Assembly (NCBI GenBank): GCA_002269645.1
Contig: NIVC01000823.1
Coordinates: forward strand, 1 to 52,934
Source: Macrostomum lignano
Taxonomy: Eukaryota
Direction of reading: 5' to 3'
DNA length: 52,934 nucleotides
The position numbers and the translations under genes are program-made. Numbering within the stretch: position 1 is the stretch's first letter; every line of letters begins with the position of its first letter. The notes below the pieces were generated by a model. It searched no databases. It was not told the origin of the DNA and saw only the letters and a program-made list of their open reading frames with translations. Positions 1-20,200 of this stretch are shown in pieces.

Positions 1-1
1 T

Positions 2-97
2 TCGAAACATAAGAAGCAGCAATTCTTCAAGGAGGTCATCGAGAGACAAAATGCAGAGATGCAGTTCAAAGGTGTTCACTGCTCAGTGACTATATAG
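2..97 (+). CDS. Possible 3' end of an upstream gene (SKHKKQQFFKEVIERQNAEMQFKGVHCSVTI*)
   Basis: Open, protein-like frame from the window edge to TAG at 95-97, with AATAAA at 139-144. No homology recognised. Confidence 0.25.
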   Translation, partial: SKHKKQQFFKEVIERQNAEMQFKGVHCSVTI

Positions 98-345
98 ATA
101 TCGATCAGCTATTATTTTGTGTTGGATCATTATTGCTAAATAAAATTTGCCTACGTGTGTCCAGTCTGAGGCTTGGGAGTTGAGAGATATTGAGATAAAT
201 GTAGATTCATTTATTCTTAGAATTTCTTTCTTTCGTCTTTTCTTCGTTAATAAAGGAAACGACAGAAGTAGATATCTCAGGTGTAGAGTAGATAGCTCAG
301 GTGTAAAGTAAATAGCTCAGGTGTGTGTAGAGTAGATTTATAGAT

Positions 346-1378
346 TACACCACAGAGAGATTACACCACAGAGGACTACACCACATGAAACTACACCACA
401 TGAAACTCAACATGAAACTACACCACATGAAACTACACCACATGAAACTACACCACATGAAACTACACACATGAAACTACACCACAGATAACTACACCAC
501 ATGACTACACCACATGATACTACCACATGATACTACACCACATGAAACTACACCACATGAAACTACACCACATGAAACTACACCACATGAAACTACACCA
601 CATGAAACTACACCACAGAGGACTAAACCACATGAAACTAAACCACATGAAACTACACCACAGAGAACTACACCACATGAAACTGCACCACATGAAACTA
701 CACCACAGAGGACTACACCACATGAAACTACACCACATGAAACTACACCACAGAGGACTACACCACATGAAACTACCCACAGAGGACTACACCACATGAA
801 ACTAACCACATGAAACTACACCACATGAAACTACACCACATGATACTACACCACATGAAACTACACCACAGAGAACTACACCACATGAAACTACACCACA
901 TGAAACTACACCACATGATACTACACCACATGAAACTACACCACAGAGAACTACACCACATGAACTACACCACATGAAACTACACCACATGATACTACAC
1001 CACATGAAACTACACCACAGAGAACTACACCACATGAAACTACACCATGAAACTACACCACATGATACTACACCACATGAAACTACACCACAGAGAACTA
1101 CACCACATGAGACTACACCACATGAAACTACACTACATGATACTACACCACATGAAACTACACCACAGAGAACTACACCACATGAAACTACACCACATGA
1201 AACTACACCACATGAAACTACACCACATGAAACTACACCACAGAGAACTACACCACAGAGAACTACACCACATGAAACTACACCACATGAAACTACACCA
1301 CATGAAACTACACCACATGTACTACACCACATGAAAATACACCACATGATACTACACCACATGTACTACACTACACTA
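346..1378. repeat. 15-bp minisatellite (ACTACACCACATGAA)n
   Basis: Periodic unit read directly. It generates the HETTP / MKLHH / GVVSC artefact ORFs. Confidence 0.95.
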
Positions 1379-2404
1379 CTATCGAACACGATAGGGATGA
1401 AGGAGTTTAAATGCTAACTCGATTTGACAGATTGAGGATGGTTTTGCTTCGCTCGAATCGCTTCGCTTCGCTGCACCAGCTTAGTGACAAAGTGACCAGA
1501 CACGAACGCGACCCCGTGTTACATTGTTAGTGGACGTTGTTTCATTTTTAAGGCTGCAAGAGACCGGAAGTCTGGTGCACAGATAACTAGAATAACTATA
1601 GATGGGGCCACTCAGCACATTTGCGCCCAACCTACTTTTAGTTCAGTATTCTCGTAGTACGAGCTAAGTTAAACTGAAGTATTTAATGTACTTTTAAAGA
1701 CCAGGCTCATTTATTGGCTTTTAACCCCCCCGCCCCAGCTTAAACCCTCAAACAGAACCTCTACCCCTGCCCCGCCACCCAATTTTTATTGCCTTCCCTG
1801 ATTGTTCCAGCCTAAAGCTGCCATGTACATTTCAGTGGACTGGCCAATGTACATTATTGCTGAACCAATTAGCAAGCTGTTTACGCCTGCAAGCTTCGGC
1901 TTCTAAGCTTATCAAAGTCATTTCAGCCGCCTTTATTTTTCTAAATGCCATCTGTATTTTTCATTCCTACTGAACTGAAAGTAGAAAGCTGTTTTGCTAA
2001 GTATACATGCCTGAGTGGCCTACCCCCTTATCAAATCTGAGGCGAAAAAAATCGATTAGCATTTTAATTTCGGTAAATCAGCATTCAATTTAAACAAAAC
2101 TTTTCGTGAACTGAATTATGGAGCCAGATGCAGGGAGACATTACAGAGAAATCAAAGGTATCCAGTGTGCCAATGAAGAAATGAAATGTTTTTGCAGGCT
2201 TAATCTAATTCATAGTTTTTGAAGCAACGAACCAAGAAAAATCAATAAAACTTCGAAACCTTCTTACTAGCAAAATCTAATATATTAGACACAGTAGAAC
2301 TCATAACTGATTTTGCATAGAAAAATAATGGTTCAACGCAAAGTTACACCAAGATCGATTATGTCAATGTAAAAGGCATTGATGCATTCTAAAGACACCA
2401 AGTG

Positions 2405-3594
2405 TTAGTCATGTCGGTGACGAGGGCTGTAATCAGGACGCCGGTAATGTTGACGGTGTGATCTGTAATCAGGGCTTCGTTCGTGATGTCGGTGACGAGA
2501 TCTGTAATCAGGGCTTCGTTCGTGATGTCGGTGACGAGATCTGTAATCAGGGCTTCGTTCGTGATGTCGGTGCCGAGATCTGTAATCAGGGCTTCGTTCG
2601 TGATGTCGGTGACCAGATCTGTACTCAGGGCGTTGGTAATGTCGTCGACGTGATCTGTACTCAGGGCGTTGGTAATGTCGGCGACGAGATCTGTACTCAG
2701 GGCGCTGGTAATGTCGGTGACGAGATCTGTACTCAGGGCGTTGGTAATGTCGGCGACGAGATCTGTGGTCAGTATGACGGAATTCGACCTGAGGTATTTT
2801 ATCACTTTTGTTTTTATTCGTATGATCCATAGTCTTTGTTTGAGCTAATTGCTTAGCTATGACTTCAGAAGGTCGAATAATGGTCTTTTCTGGTGGCCGT
2901 GCAGCAGCAGCTGGTGGAGCAGTGGCTTCGGCTGGTAGAGCAGGGGCTTTAGCTGGCAGAGCAGGGGCTTTAGCTGGCAGAGCAGGGGCTTTAGCTGGCA
3001 GAGCAGGGGCTTTAGCTGGCAGAGCAGGGGCTTTAGCTGGCAGAGCAGGGGCTTTAGCTGGCAGAGCAGGGGCCTTAGCTGGCAGAGCAGGGGCTTTAGC
3101 TGGCAGAGCAGGGGCTTTAGCTGGCAGAGCAGGGGCTTTAGCTGGCAGAGCAGGGGCCTTAGCTGGCAGAGCAGGGGCCTTAGCTGGCAGAGCAGGGGCT
3201 TTAGCTGGCAGAGCAGGGGCTTTAGCTGGCAGAGCAAGGGCTTTAGCTGGCAGAGCAGGGGCCTTAGCTGGCAGAGCAGGGGCCTTAGCTGGCAGAGCAG
3301 GGGCTTTAGCTGGCAGAGCAGGGGCTTTAGCTGGCAGAGCAGGGCCTCAGCTGGGCGATGCACATTCTTGTTGGCTGAAGCTGCTGAAATCACAGTGCGA
3401 TTATTTACAAGCACGTGGAGCTGTTTAGCTGGTTTAACATGTTGTTGTAAACCATTTGCTGCGTTGCGGATGTCAGAACCATCACCAGCTGAGCCGGAGA
3501 TCCTACTTAACGGAGCCGAGTTGACACAGCTGGCAATGCACAGGATGATAAGATAAACACACAGGTGAGGTCTCTGCAGGACAGTCTGTGCCAT
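2405..3594 (-). CDS. Intronless secreted repeat protein A (about 396 aa after a +1 nt correction at 3342-3344): signal peptide, about 20x PAKAPAL, then Arg/His/Tyr-rich repeats
   Basis: ATG at 3594 gives MAQTVLQRPHLCVYLIILCIASCVNS-AP (signal-peptide-like). The last 21-bp unit has GGG where all others have GGGG. Restoring that base switches to the PAKAPAL frame, which runs with no stop through ATAPPAAAARPPEKTIIRPSEVIAKQLAQTKT into track ORF 2405-2830 (4x YQRPEYRSxxRH, 4x HERSPDYRSRHRH). The recurrent A/G variant between units is synonymous (AAA/AAG, Lys) in this frame but K/R in the LLCQLKP frame. Confidence 0.7.
2450..2770 (-). repeat. Coding 39-bp and 36-bp tandem repeats (Arg/His/Tyr-rich)
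   Basis: Four 39-bp and four 36-bp units read directly. Confidence 0.85.
2933..3352 (-). repeat. Coding 21-bp repeat, about 20 copies (PAKAPAL)
   Basis: GCAGGGGCTTTAGCTGGCAGA periodicity on the + strand. Confidence 0.9.
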
Positions 3595-4061
3595 GCTGTT
3601 TGGTTTCAACTTTTTTGTGTCGGAAAGAAGTTGTTTTTAGCGCACTTGTGAGCTGTGTTTTAAAACCTGTTTTTGTCTTGCCAAAATGGTTGAACGAAAG
3701 CTTTTAATTCGTGTCCCGATGGCACACAATGTCACGCAAACTAGCCATAAAATTTATTGTAGCTTGAGTCTGAAATTCGCATAACCAGCTGTGAATTCAT
3801 TTCTCATTGCTTTCTCTTTCAACAAAGTTTTTTGAAACTTTTCTCTGTTTGTTTCACCTCTGCAAAGCTATGATTACTGCACTTGCGTCACGTTCAGATT
3901 TCGGAGGTCGTTGCAAAAATCACCTGTTCGGCAATGAAAAATCCAAAGCAAAATCTTAACCTAAAAATAAAAACCTGACGAATTTCAGCCGGCTCAGCAT
4001 TGTCAAAGTTTTAATTGCAAGAGAGCCTTGTCAGCATTTGAAACTGTTTAACATCGAAAAG

Positions 4062-5117
4062 ATGAGATTTTTAAAGACAATTTCGTCCGTTTTACTGCTG
4101 AGTGTCGCAGCAGCAGCAGCTGCTGCTGTTGCAATCGACAGTGCATTTGACGATATCAGCAGCCAGTGGACGGCTGACTCAGGGTCGGCATCAAGGTGGG
4201 ACGAAGACTTCGAGAAAGAATTCAGCAATCGTTTTGGAATCTCTCGACCGAGGCGCTCGGACTCAGTGGAAAAGAGCGACGAGTTTAGGGTTGGAAAAGG
4301 GGCAGAGAAAAGGCCCGGCTTTAAAAACTGGAAGTTTGATGGCGAGACATCACGAAAGGGACGTCGCGAACACGGCAGACGCGAAGAAGAACGTCGCGAA
4401 CACGGCAGACGCGGAGAGGGACGTCGCGAACACGGCAGACGCGGAGAGGGACGTCGCCAACACGGCAGACGTGGAAAAGAACGTCGCGAACACGGCAGAC
4501 GAGGAGAGGGACGTCGCGAACATGACAGACGTGGAAAGGGACGTCGCGAACATGGCAAACGCGGAGAGGGACGTCGCGAACACGGCAGACGCGGAAAAGG
4601 ACATCGCCAACACAGCAGACGTGGAAAAGAACGTCGCGAACACGGCAGACGAGGAAAGGGACGTCGTGAACATGACAGACGTGGAAAGGGACGTCGCGAA
4701 CGCGGCAGACGAGGAGAGGGACGTCGCGAACATGACAGACGTGGAAAGGGACGTCGCGAACACGGAAGACGCGGAGAGGGACGTCGCAAACATGGCAGAC
4801 GCGAAGAGGAACGTCGTCGCGAACACGGCAGACGCGGAGAGGGACGTCGCGAACGCGGCAGACGCAGAAAGGGACGTCGCGAACACGGCAGACGTGGCGA
4901 GGGACGTCGCGAACAAGACATACGCGGAAAGGGACGTCGCGAACACGGCAGGCGCAGAGAGGGACGTCGCGAACACGAAAGACGTAGAAAGGGACGTCGC
5001 GGACATCAAGACCGAAATAGACACTACAGGCATGGAAACAGACATAATGAGCAGGGTCGATTTAAACCGGGCAAGAGACGCAATGGGCACAGAGAGGATT
5101 CAAGAACTCGCGAGTGA
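4062..5117 (+). CDS. Intronless secreted basic repeat protein B (351 aa): signal peptide, acidic segment, RPRR site, about 21x RREHGRRGEG
   Basis: ATG at 4062 gives [24 protein letters not shown] (signal-peptide-like). The frame is open to the stop at 5115-5117, with AATAAA at 5243-5248. Unit variants CGC/CGT/CGA are synonymous Arg in this frame but A/V/E in the alternative ANTADAERDV frame. Confidence 0.8.
   Translation: MRFLKTISSVLLLSVAAAAAAAVAIDSAFDDISSQWTADSGSASRWDEDFEKEFSNRFGISRPRRSDSVEKSDEFRVGKGAEKRPGFKNWKFDGETSRKGRREHGRREEERREHGRRGEGRREHGRRGEGRRQHGRRGKERREHGRRGEGRREHDRRGKGRREHGKRGEGRREHGRRGKGHRQHSRRGKERREHGRRGKGRREHDRRGKGRRERGRRGEGRREHDRRGKGRREHGRRGEGRRKHGRREEERRREHGRRGEGRRERGRRRKGRREHGRRGEGRREQDIRGKGRREHGRRREGRREHERRRKGRRGHQDRNRHYRHGNRHNEQGRFKPGKRRNGHREDSRTRE
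4358..5000 (+). repeat. Coding 30-bp repeat (RREHGRRGEG)
   Basis: GGACGTCGCGAACACGGCAGACGCGGAGAG periodicity. Confidence 0.9.
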
Positions 5118-5450
5118 ATGAATCTTGCGAAGGGCTCCGAAGTCAGTGACTTCTACAGGCCCACAATAGAGTTGAGTTTATGACACAATGATTTCGCAGG
5201 TGAAAGGGTGAACTTTTAAATTTACCTAATGTTTTATCAAATAATAAACGGAATGTTGACAAATCGATTTTAAATCTTTGATTCATCATCAGAACGATTA
5301 TAAGAGCTACATACTCGTGTATATTAACACTAGCACGGTTACCAAAGCAATAAGAGACAAATGAGAATGAACGATCAAAAGCGGATCACAGACAAGCATT
5401 AATTGTATTGGAGCAGCCAGTTCAATTCGAGTGCCAGTTAAAAGCTCGGA

Positions 5451-13550
<8,100 letters not shown>

Positions 13551-14557
13551 TTGCCACGTACATGAATTTAATCGGAATCGATTTTTCATTTTTTATCTTA
13601 AATAAGTATTCATTTGCGATTTAATATACCTTTTTGAATAAGCTTATTAAAAAGAATAGGTAATAAATAATACAGATGTTCTCAATAAATATATTTTTTA
13701 AATAAGTCTTTAAAGAAGTTTTATATCAAATTGCTAGTTTAATTTTTGGGATTTCTATAATTGTTGGATATTAAAATATAAATTAATTATCACACAATAG
13801 CTATGAACCTCATTTTATGCGAATCAATAGATTTTTAACTAGCATAAAAAACTCTGACAGTATGAACAACATAATATAAAACTGTGAATCACTATGTCCA
13901 ATTGAGAATTAGTAAATTTTTACTTTGCCTTTATTTCTACAATGTGTTATGCCAAGCAGTTAAGCAGGATGATAGATATGTTGTTTGATATTATTGGTTA
14001 ATCAAAATGGTTTTTGTAAAGAATGAAAGCTGGCGAAAAATAATTTTCTTTTTCTAAAATATTCTAATAAATGCATCATTAATTCATTATAAAATATATA
14101 TGAATTTATAAGTGCATGTATGCATCAACAATGCATTGTTGTGCTTTGTACAAATAGTTAAAGAAATTTTTCACGAATAGTATTTTCCTTGTGAAAAAAT
14201 ACACTATCATTAAACGTATCGTTCATTAGTTGCGATTCCATTTCAGAGAAATAATAAGTATGATATAAAGTATGAACTGATATATTAAAACTAGCTACGC
14301 TCGTATATTGAAATTTAATAACATCCGATGACTCAAACTGAACATGTGTCGTTTGCAGTAGATTCAGATGAACGAGGAATAATCTTTACTTGTGAATATG
14401 ACGTAATCTTTTAAAACAATCTAAAATTTCATTTAGAAAACAATATAAATATATTACTTTTTGTAGATTCGGAATTTTAGTTTTATTTTTCTTCGGTGTA
14501 GCGTTTCAGCAATCAGCGTTTCAGCAATCGGAGCTTTTGTTTCAAGTCACTTATGAA

Positions 14558-14721
14558 CAGGGGCGTAGGGAGGGGGATAGGGGGATGTACCCCCCCCCCC
14601 CCGAAGAGCCTGACCAAAACTTTTTTGTTGGCCCTTTGTTGCTATGCACCATATATGACTCTGTCATAGCACTTTTACCTTGGTGTATCCCCCCCGTAGG
14701 AAATTCCTGGCTATGCCCCTG
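14558..14721. mobile_element. 164-bp non-autonomous hAT-type MITE
   Basis: Terminal inverted repeats CAGGGGCGTAG...CTATGCCCCTG (10/11 match). Perfect 8-bp target-site duplication CTTATGAA at 14550-14557 and 14722-14729. 8-bp TSDs and CAG termini are typical of hAT. Confidence 0.8.
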
Positions 14722-16794
14722 CTTATGAATATAGGTTTCTCGGATAAATATACTATTTTTCCGATTTTTACTCCTATATTACCTTAAAAAATCTTTTTTG
14801 CTTAATCGTTTTGTCATGCAATGACATGTATTATCATTCTACTATTTTTCAAGTTGTTGAATATACTGAAGCTGCATGGTTGAACGAAAAGACGAATGAT
14901 CAGAATTGAAAAGAATATTTCACTTTACAGGCCCTGAATCTGACTAATAATGGACTCGAATGTGTTGGGAAAATGCAAACATTTATTTAACTATCATGAA
15001 TGCGAGTAGCGCTCTAGATCTACTATAAACCATGACGATAATGAAATATCAAAATTGATTTGTATTTGAGCTAAGTTAAACAAAAAGACTACATGAAATT
15101 ATGCGCATTTCCAGGTCCTTCGATAGAATTAGGAAATCGATATGAAATAAGGATCGATGGATTGCTATAAGCAGCGAAATGTCGATTATAGCTGAATTAT
15201 GGCATTTACTATACGATGGTCGAATTATCAATGCATGTATGCCTTTCAATCAACCCTTTTTCTTTAGAGAATAAGAGCGTTCTAGCTACAAGTACGTAGT
15301 AGTCAGTATATAGTAAATGCTACTGAATGTACCGCGAGCGTATACATGTAATTCGTACAAGCTACTAATTGAGTACGTATAGATGCTTCCTTCCCCGTTC
15401 CAAAAAAGCAAATTAAGTGAGCAACTCCCGAGAAGGTTCTGTTGAAGATCAGTGCAAAAGCAAAATAAGAAACCAAAAAACAGAGTCGATATATTTTTTG
15501 TTTAACGTTTTTAAGTCACGAAAACGATTCTAGAGGCATGCAGAAATTACTCACAAGTGCACATTTTTATCATAGTCAGTAGAAATTTTTATTAGAAATT
15601 TGGTCAGCCGCAGCTTATATAGGCATGCAGAGTCCGGCTAATATCACAAAAACACCAAATAAAGGACAAACAAAAGGCTGAGTCAAAAAACAGATGGTGG
15701 TTGGTCATGGGAATTCATGCGTTAAAATCAAAACTGAGCGATCGTAAAAACGCGCGGTTATTTAAGCTCGATTAATTTATCCAGTTGCTTGGCAGCAATT
15801 AAAGTTGCAGTGCGGTGCAGCTGTTGCCAACTGTACAGAGAATTACTAAGCTCGACAGTGAGGCATCTGTGAAGCGCCAAGGTGGCTCGGCAATGGCAAC
15901 AGGCAGGCATGCAGGCTGGCAAGTGCAGACAATCTGCATTGCTGCATGGTTGCAGGCATTGTGATTCCTTTGATTGATAAAACTAACGCCAGAAATCAAA
16001 CGCACAAAATTTAAACTAAAATAAGTGTGAGCGCATGCTTTGACGCCTACTGTGAGTAGCAATATTCGACAGTGCAAGTAAAATATATGAGAGAAACTGT
16101 AAAGCATTATTCAGCATTGACTCCCGCCTTCGGTGCCTATCCTATTAGAGAGACAGAAAACCACCTTAATTAGATAGACATTAGCAAAGGTGACATTTTG
16201 AATTAAAATCAATAATATGTGTAAGATGGCCATCTAATATGGGATTAATTAGACAGGATAAAAGGGGAAGGCAAAATTTCAACCGAGGCTTACATTACAG
16301 AAAACAGCAAAAAACAGCAAGTAAAGAGGGGACGCGGACACAGCACGCATTGCTATGGACACGAGTCTGCATTGATTTCGGTGCATTGTTGCGTTGAAGG
16401 CCGCGAGAATTCAGTTAAAAAACAACTGCTTCTGCTTCAGCAGGCCATGAGCACGAGTCATTTTGACTTCAATTGAGGTTTGGATGCGCAATGGTCAAAT
16501 AGAAGTGACAGACAAAGTCTAAAACTGCTAAACAAGATTGCCCGGCAAGATGAACGAGTAAAAAATAAATTTATAAAAAAGATTTCTAATGGGTAAGCAA
16601 ACAGCTTTGAATTGAAAAAAGGTGCACTCAATAAAGTACTTCATCATTACATGGTGCTGCAGAAAGGGCAGTATTTACAAATTCATTGGTGAGACAGTCG
16701 GGTTCAGTGAGACAGCGAAACACCGCATTGAGTGAGTTGCAGGTATATAAGATTATTTGATTGCAGTTTTTACGGGGAGAGAAAGGGATAGGGC

Positions 16795-17212
<418 letters not shown>

Positions 17213-17249
17213 CAGGAGCCGCAGGGATGGTCAGTCAGGGGCGCAGCTG

Positions 17250-20200
17250 TCAGACGTGAGACATCTGGTTGCCAGCCGACTGCGGCAGCAGCGGCAGCGG
17301 CGGCTGCCCCGGGGCCTGGCTGAACTTGTAGTGCGACCGCGGGTCCCCAGTCAGGCTGACAGCAGCAGCCGACGCCGCCGCCTGCGCCTGTGCCGCAGCG
17401 CCGCCGCCAAGGACGAAGTGATGACCGCCAGCTGACGGGCGGCTGTAGGCTGCGCCGCCGCCACCGCCGCCACCGCCGCCGCCGCGGCCGGTGCAGCAGA
17501 ACAGGCGGCCAAGAAACTGACGCCAGGTGTGCAGAGTCTTGCCGGACCAGACCCACACCCCGCTGGTGATGCCAACGGCCAGCTGCATGAACTGGCGCAG
17601 CATGAACACGCCGTACTCCGGCTCCGCGGCGGGCTTCTCCCCCGGGCAGCGGCAGGCCTTGTCCTGCAGCCAGCGCTCACGCATCTGCGACTCGTAGAAA
17701 TGGCAGGCGATGACCACGGAGGCTGGCAGGGTGTACAGGATGGAGAAGATCCCGATGCGGATCATCAGCTTCTCCAGCTTGTAGGTCTTGGCGCTGGCCT
17801 GCTGCTTGATGACCGACCGGATGCGGAACAGGGCCACGAAGCCGGTGAGCAGGAAGACGCTGCCGATGAGCAGGTAGGTAACCAGGGGCAGCAGCACGAA
17901 CAGGCGCATGGCGGTGAGGTTCGTGTTGCCAACAGAGCAGATTCCGGAGATCGGGTCGCCGTCAACTAGGGAGAAGGTCAGGACCAGGATGAACTTCACG
18001 ATTGGCAGCACCCAGGCGATGCAGTGGAACACCTGCGGCGGGAGGTGGGAGTGGAGCTTTGAGTAATCGAGATTTTTTGACTGAATATTATTGGTTTGTC
18101 AACTGCAAGGTAAAAAAATATTTATTACTACTTTGTGCGAATTTTTGAGAATAAAAAACTGCCATCTGCTATCTTTTGCCCGCTCCTCTCCTCTCCTCTC
18201 CTCTCCTCTCCTCTCCTCTCCTCTCCTCTCCTCTCCTCTCCTCTCCTCTCCTCTCCTCTCCTCTCCTCTCCTCTCCTCTCCTCTCCTCTCCTCTCCTCTC
18301 CTCTCCTCTCCTCTCCTCTCCTCTCCTCTCCTCTCCTCTCCTCTCCTCTCCTCTCCTCTCCTCTCCTCTCCTCTCCTCTCCTCTCCTCTCCTCTCCTCTC
18401 CTCTCCTCTCCTCTCCTCTCCTCTCCTCTCCTCTCCTCTCCTCTCCTCTCCTCTCCTCTCCTCTCCTCTCCTCTCCTCTCCTCTCCTCTCCTCTCCTCTC
18501 CTCTCCTCTCCTCTCCTCTCCTCTCCTCTCCTCTCCTCTCCTCTCCTCTCCTCTCCTCTCCTCTCCTCTCCTCTCCTCTCCTCTCCTCTCCTCTCCTCTC
18601 CTCTCCTCTCCTCTCCTCTCCTCTCCTCTCCTCTCCTCTCCTCTCCTCTCTCCTCTCATCCTTTCCATTCCATCCCATCCCATTCTATCTGATCCAATCT
18701 GATCCAATCATTATCTCATCCCATCTCATCTCATCCCATCCCATCCCATCTCATCCCATCCCATCCCATCCCATCCCATCCTATCCCATCCCATCCCATC
18801 CCATCCCATCCCATCCCATCCCATCCCATCCCATCCCATCCCATCCCATCCCATCCCATCCCATCCCATCCCATCCCATCCTATCTCCTAATTCCCAGCC
18901 AAAGCATCGCCAAGCGCAGCCGCAGCGCTGCAGTCTCACCTCGCTGTACTTGGCGATGGCCTCGCTGCCCCACTTGAGCCCGGCCGCCAGGAACCAGGCC
19001 ACGCACAGCATGACCCACCACACACAGCTGGCCATGCCGAACAGGTAGGTCAGCAGGAACACCACGGTGCACAGCCACGGTCCAGACGATCCGTAGCGCA
19101 GCACCCGACCGTCGCAGGCGATGGTCTGCGGTCCCACGGCCAGGCGGACAATGTAACCAGCTGACACCATGACGTAACAGGCAGACAGCATCACAATGGG
19201 CCGCTCTGGATAGTTGAACCGCTTAGAGTTAATTAGAAAGGTGAGCACAGTAACGGTGGAACTGACGGCGCACAATATCGACCACATGCCGATCCAGACG
19301 CTCGCGAACTGCCGGTCACGATCCTTCTCGGAGAAGAACAGCCCCTCACAGGGCATGGCGCAGTTCGGTAGGCCGGCAGTGTACACCTTGTTGTAGTGTG
19401 CCTCGTTCTCCGTCAGCTGCACCAGCGGCGCCTGGCAGCGGCACTCGCAGGAGGCCGGCGCCGAGCCGTATGAGGTGTCCGTGTCTGGTGGCAGCGTGGT
19501 GACCGGCTGCGAGGTGCTCGTGTGGTTGACGTCCATGCACAGCGTGTCAGGATCGCCGTAGTCTGCGGTGGAGAGACAGGACACTGTTGGGGTGGTGCTG
19601 CCTTACTGCTGTTGGGTCATGGTTATCCCCGGTGGGTCAGGATTCTGTCCAATGGGTCAGGGTTCTCTCCAATGGGTCATGGTTATCACCAATGGGTCAG
19701 GGTTCTCTCCAATGAGTCATGGTTATCACCAATGGGTCAGGGTTCTCTCCAATGAGTCATGGTTATCACCAATGGGTCAGGGTTCTCTCCAATGGGTCAT
19801 GGTATATCACCAATGGGTCAGGGTTCTCTCCAATGAGTCATGGCTATCACCAATGGGTCAGGGTTCTCTCCAATGGGTCATGGTATATCACCAATGGGTC
19901 AGGGTTCCCTCCAATGGGTCATGGTTATCACCGGCGGGTCAGAGTTCTCTCAAATGGGTCATGGTTATCACCAATGGGTCAGGGTTCTCTCCAATGGGTC
20001 ATGGTTATCACCGGCGGGTCGGGGTTCTCTCCAATGGGTCATGGTTATCACCAATGGGTCAGGGTTCTCTCCAATGAGTCATGGTTATCACCAATGGGTC
20101 AGGGTTCTCTCCAATGGGTCATGGTATATCACCAATGGGTCAGGGTTCTCTCCAATGAGTCATGGTATATCACCAATGGGTCAGGGTTCCCTCCAATGGG

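Noticed and set aside
492-1417. HETTP / MKLHH / GVVSC ORFs (mucin-like or His-rich look)
   Set aside because: Products of a 15-bp satellite that is open in most frames. No signal peptide, splice context or unique flanks.
2857-3428. LLCQLKP (minus) and AGRAGAL (plus) repeat proteins as listed in the ORF track
   Set aside because: Silent-site pattern and continuity with ORF 2405-2830 favour the PAKAPAL frame.
4031-5121. ANTADAERDV ORF (4102-5121) and the antisense ORFs
   Set aside because: No ATG-initiated signal peptide, and unit variation is non-synonymous in those frames.
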